From positions 1 to 50,156 of the forward strand of contig JAJSAE010000069.1 of the NCBI GenBank assembly GCA_024281315.1: a DNA stretch of 50,156 nt, given 5' to 3'. This document shows, piece after piece, positions 47,038-50,156 of the stretch. Position 1 is the first letter of the stretch. Every line of letters starts with the position of its first letter. The position numbers were made by a program, and so were the translations under genes. The DNA is from an archaeon. GTDB lineage: Archaea > Thermoplasmatota > Thermoplasmata > JAJSAE01. The notes beneath the pieces are model-generated. The model saw only the letters and a program-made list of their open reading frames with translations. It did no database searches and was not told where the DNA came from.

Positions 47038-47701
47038 AACAGGAATTCCGGGGCTTGACGGAATGATAGAAGGGGGCTTCACCCCTCACTCGGTAAATCT
47101 GATAAGTGGCCCTCCCGGCAGCGGTAAAAGCCTTTTCGGCATCCATTATGTCTCACAGGGGGCGGATGCCGGAGAAACAGGGATGTACATCACTCTGGAG
47201 GAGGAAGCATCGAGTATATCCTCTGCAGCCTCAAGATACAGTATGAATGTGGAGAGAAAGGGGATATCTCTTGTGGACTTCGGAGATATCAGGCAGGAAG
47301 AAACAGTCAGCTTCGGGGCGCTCAGGGAGTACCTTGAAGGACGCCTCGAGAACATGCCTATCAAGCGTCTTGTAATAGATTCCATCTCCTCGATAAGCGT
47401 CCAATACGAGGATGCGAATGCCCTTCGGAGGGATCTGTTCGCCTTCTGCCGTTTTCTCAGGAAGAGCGGCCTGACTTCCCTTCTTGTGGCTGAGAGTGAC
47501 GGGGGCATCGGAAAGGACCTAAGGGTGGAGAATTTCGTGACCGATTCTCTGGTATTTTTGGGCTATGAAAATCACAAGGGAGAGTACAGGAGAACGGTTC
47601 TGGTCCAGAAGATGAGATTGACGAAGCACGACCCCTATAAACATCCATTCCTGATAACCTCACGCGGAGTGGAGATATATCCGGAGGAGACACTGTTCTG
47701 A
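47027..47701 (+). CDS. KaiC-like / RAD55-family single-domain ATPase
   Basis: RVKTGIPGLD.MI.GG, Walker A GPPGSGKS, YITLEE, Walker B RLVIDS, VQKMR.T.H, F.I...G. Confidence 0.92.
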   Translation: MRVKTGIPGLDGMIEGGFTPHSVNLISGPPGSGKSLFGIHYVSQGADAGETGMYITLEEEASSISSAASRYSMNVERKGISLVDFGDIRQEETVSFGALREYLEGRLENMPIKRLVIDSISSISVQYEDANALRRDLFAFCRFLRKSGLTSLLVAESDGGIGKDLRVENFVTDSLVFLGYENHKGEYRRTVLVQKMRLTKHDPYKHPFLITSRGVEIYPEETLF

Positions 47702-47712
47702 GAGGCAAAAGA

Positions 47713-50156
47713 ATGAAAAAGACGGAGAAAGAGGAAGAAAATGACTCACCGGAGGAGGTGCGTAGCATCCTCCTTACCGGCAGACACAAAGAGCGCAGGC
47801 ATTCCGTTCTGTTCGCCCAGATTTCTCATACCATTGAGAAGGGAGAGACCGCCATTATTGTACTCGGCGATATGACGCCCGCGTATTTCGAAGAGGGAAT
47901 GAAGGACCACGGCATATCTCCCTCAAAAGCATTGAAAGGCGAAACACTCATAATTATAGATTGGCACTCTTTCGATAGCAGAATGGTCATAGGGGTGGAG
48001 GAAGAGGACGGACTTCTTCTGTGTGCTCGCGACCTTCTTAATGTAAGCATTGCCATAAACAAGGCCCTGAAGAGGAAAAAAGGCAGGTGCATGCTGTTCA
48101 GTGATATGATACCGCGGGCCGAGCGCATATACGGGATAACGGAGACCGCAGCGTTCCTGCAGATCACTCTGTCAAAAATGAGGAATCGCAGGATTTCATC
48201 GCTGTTTCTGGCAAATAATGAGAGACACGCAGAGATTTTCGACACGGTCATTTCCTCCGATACCGGTTCAGATAGCGAAGCAAAGGAGAATTTGGACGAG
48301 GGACCGGCCCCTGTTGACATATGTCCGTCCTGCGGTGCATTTGTTCCCGGCGGCTCGGACGAATGTCCGACTTGTCATGCAGGAGTGGCACGGAAACCGG
48401 AAGAAGTTGAAGAGGGGGCGGAGGACGAAAAAGTTGTTATGTATCTGTGTCCCGTATGCGGCGCTTTCATATCTCCAGACGCAGACCGCTGCCCGTCCTG
48501 CGGGGCCGTCTTTGAAGAAGGAGAAGAGGAAGATAGCACTGCTCCAGTCCCAGGAGAAAGGGCGTACTTGGACAAAGAGGTTGAGGCGATAAATATCTGC
48601 CCGTCCTGCGGAACCTTCGTTCAGGCCGATACCAACATCTGCCCAGTTTGCGGCAGCGAATTTGCTTCGGGTAAGGAGGATATTCCGGTGGCAGACCCTC
48701 TTGAGACCGTTAAAGGACTTAAAATATGCCCGAATTGCGGCGCTTTTGTTGCTGCGGGGCGCAAACACTGCCCCCTCTGTGCAACGGAAATCCCCGATGA
48801 TGCGGATACAAGAATCTCCGGGAAGGATCTCTTGGAAACCAGCGGGAATCTCAAGGTTTGCGGGGGATGTGGTGCTTTTCTCGGCAAGAATATGGCCGCC
48901 TGCCCTGTGTGCGGGACTCCATACGCGGAAGAAGCCGGGGAAAGGCCTATCATAAACAAACTGGAAGAGAATCCGTACCTGCCAGATGTATGTCCGAATT
49001 GCGGCGGCTTTATTCCATATCCCGGAGCCAGATGCAGTGCCTGCGGTTACAAGGAAGGAGAGATAATATGTTCGAACTGCGGGGCGCTGCTGGGCGAAGA
49101 GGACAGTATATGTCCGGTATGCGGCCACCTCTTTTCTGAGAGAGAACAGGGGCTGAAACCGGAAGAACCAGAGACTTTAACCCATATGAAAGATATGCCC
49201 GTTTTTGCAGAGGAGGGGGCAGAGCAAAAGGAGCTCCCGCCAAAGAAAACGGAGGATAGAGGAGAGGATCAGGACGAAGGGGCGCTGCTGGAAATTGACA
49301 TGTCTGCCGAGGACTTCCTTGAACTCGCTCGGGAAGGGAGCTTTGATCATGAGGAAGCAGAGGGATTGGACGAATTTAACGAACAGGATATTCAGCGCTG
49401 GGCCGAAGCCGAACTTCTGTCGAAGGCGCCCCCCTCTATAGCGGCAAAAGATAGCATCATCGACAGCACTGAAGAAAAACCCCTCTCCGATGATGATATC
49501 GCCGCCCTTCTGGAACTGGAGGAGATGTCGGCCAGTGATTTTAATGAGGAGGATTTCACAGATGATCTGGTAGGAGACATTGATGAAGCGGGTATAGAGG
49601 AAATTGACATTGAATCCATAGAGAGGGCCGGAAGAAATAAAGAAGAATTTCTAGATGACGGAGAGATCCTCGGCCTCTCCGAAAGCGAGGCGGAAAGTGA
49701 AGAGGTCATGGATGAAGAGTTCGAATGTCCCGTGTGCGGGACGCTTCTCGATGCCGATGTCATGGTCTGCCCGGCCTGCGGTGTGCAGTTTGTAGAGGAA
49801 GAAGTCCCAGAAGATAGGGAAGGCTCCGCTCTCCACAGAGGACTTACGAATGGCAGAGGGCTTGTGAATGGTAATGGCCTCACCAATGGAAACGGGTTGA
49901 TAAACGGTAACGGGCTAGCGGGTGTTCTTCGCAAAAAAGGCCTGGTGAATGGAAACGGATTGATAAACGGTAACGGCCTTACGAATGGAAACGGGCGAGC
50001 GTCTCGCGGGCTGATAAATGGTAACGGCATAGTAAACGGCAACGGTCTCCTTGACTCCCGTGGCAATCTTCTGCGTCCTCCGTCTTACGGTGGCGGTTTC
50101 TGGGCCAGCAACCGTTCTGTTATTGCCGCTGGCCTAATCCTCGTCCTTCTGATTCC
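47713..50156 (+). CDS. Partial (3'-truncated by window) multidomain protein: degenerate KaiC-like domain, 8 Zn-ribbons, acidic linker, GLxNGN repeats, start of TM helix
   Basis: Frame read manually from ATG 47713 is open to the window end (814 codons), hence absent from the ORF track; 16 CxxC motifs; ends ...NRSVIAAGLILVLLI. Confidence 0.88.
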   Translation, partial: MKKTEKEEENDSPEEVRSILLTGRHKERRHSVLFAQISHTIEKGETAIIVLGDMTPAYFEEGMKDHGISPSKALKGETLIIIDWHSFDSRMVIGVEEEDGLLLCARDLLNVSIAINKALKRKKGRCMLFSDMIPRAERIYGITETAAFLQITLSKMRNRRISSLFLANNERHAEIFDTVISSDTGSDSEAKENLDEGPAPVDICPSCGAFVPGGSDECPTCHAGVARKPEEVEEGAEDEKVVMYLCPVCGAFISPDADRCPSCGAVFEEGEEEDSTAPVPGERAYLDKEVEAINICPSCGTFVQADTNICPVCGSEFASGKEDIPVADPLETVKGLKICPNCGAFVAAGRKHCPLCATEIPDDADTRISGKDLLETSGNLKVCGGCGAFLGKNMAACPVCGTPYAEEAGERPIINKLEENPYLPDVCPNCGGFIPYPGARCSACGYKEGEIICSNCGALLGEEDSICPVCGHLFSEREQGLKPEEPETLTHMKDMPVFAEEGAEQKELPPKKTEDRGEDQDEGALLEIDMSAEDFLELAREGSFDHEEAEGLDEFNEQDIQRWAEAELLSKAPPSIAAKDSIIDSTEEKPLSDDDIAALLELEEMSASDFNEEDFTDDLVGDIDEAGIEEIDIESIERAGRNKEEFLDDGEILGLSESEAESEEVMDEEFECPVCGTLLDADVMVCPACGVQFVEEEVPEDREGSALHRGLTNGRGLVNGNGLTNGNGLINGNGLAGVLRKKGLVNGNGLINGNGLTNGNGRASRGLINGNGIVNGNGLLDSRGNLLRPPSYGGGFWASNRSVIAAGLILVLLI
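49840..50049 (+). repeat. Nine degenerate 18-bp repeats encoding G(L/I)xNG(N/R)
   Basis: GLTNGR GLVNGN GLTNGN GLINGN ... GLVNGN GLINGN GLTNGN ... GLINGN GIVNGN. Confidence 0.9.

Noticed and set aside
47826-50066. Minus-strand ORFs 47826-48320, 48268-49128, 49392-50066
   Set aside because: Shadows of the plus-strand ORF from 47713 that is open to the window end

Overview
Gene-dense archaeal chromosomal segment, most likely from a Thermoplasmata lineage (inferred from the Nop5, Lhr, ValRS, Rab-like GTPase and DUF3198-like protein types, GGTGA ribosome-binding sites and BRE/TATA promoters). It carries housekeeping genes (valS, hflX, mtnA, nop5, deoxyhypusine synthase, folP, lhr, tRNA-Val(GAC)), a tetraether-lipid cluster (tes, a ferredoxin missing from the ORF track, geranylgeranyl reductase), transporters, a 3366-aa membrane-anchored beta-solenoid surface protein, and an HTH/KaiC/degenerate-KaiC module whose last gene runs off the window end and is missing from the ORF track. 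No CRISPR array, transposase or integrase was seen. The best candidates for something new are: (1) a ~52-nt-period array of four related hairpins between a promoter and tRNA-Val; (2) a eukaryote-type F-box-associated (Fbs1-like) glycan-binding domain inserted in the giant surface protein; (3) the KaiC-linked protein with eight Zn-ribbons, GLxNGN repeats and a membrane segment. Four genes carry single-base anomalies (one in-frame TAA, one G-tract frameshift, two motif-breaking substitutions) that may be real or assembly errors. All family assignments are by motif recognition; no database searches were run.
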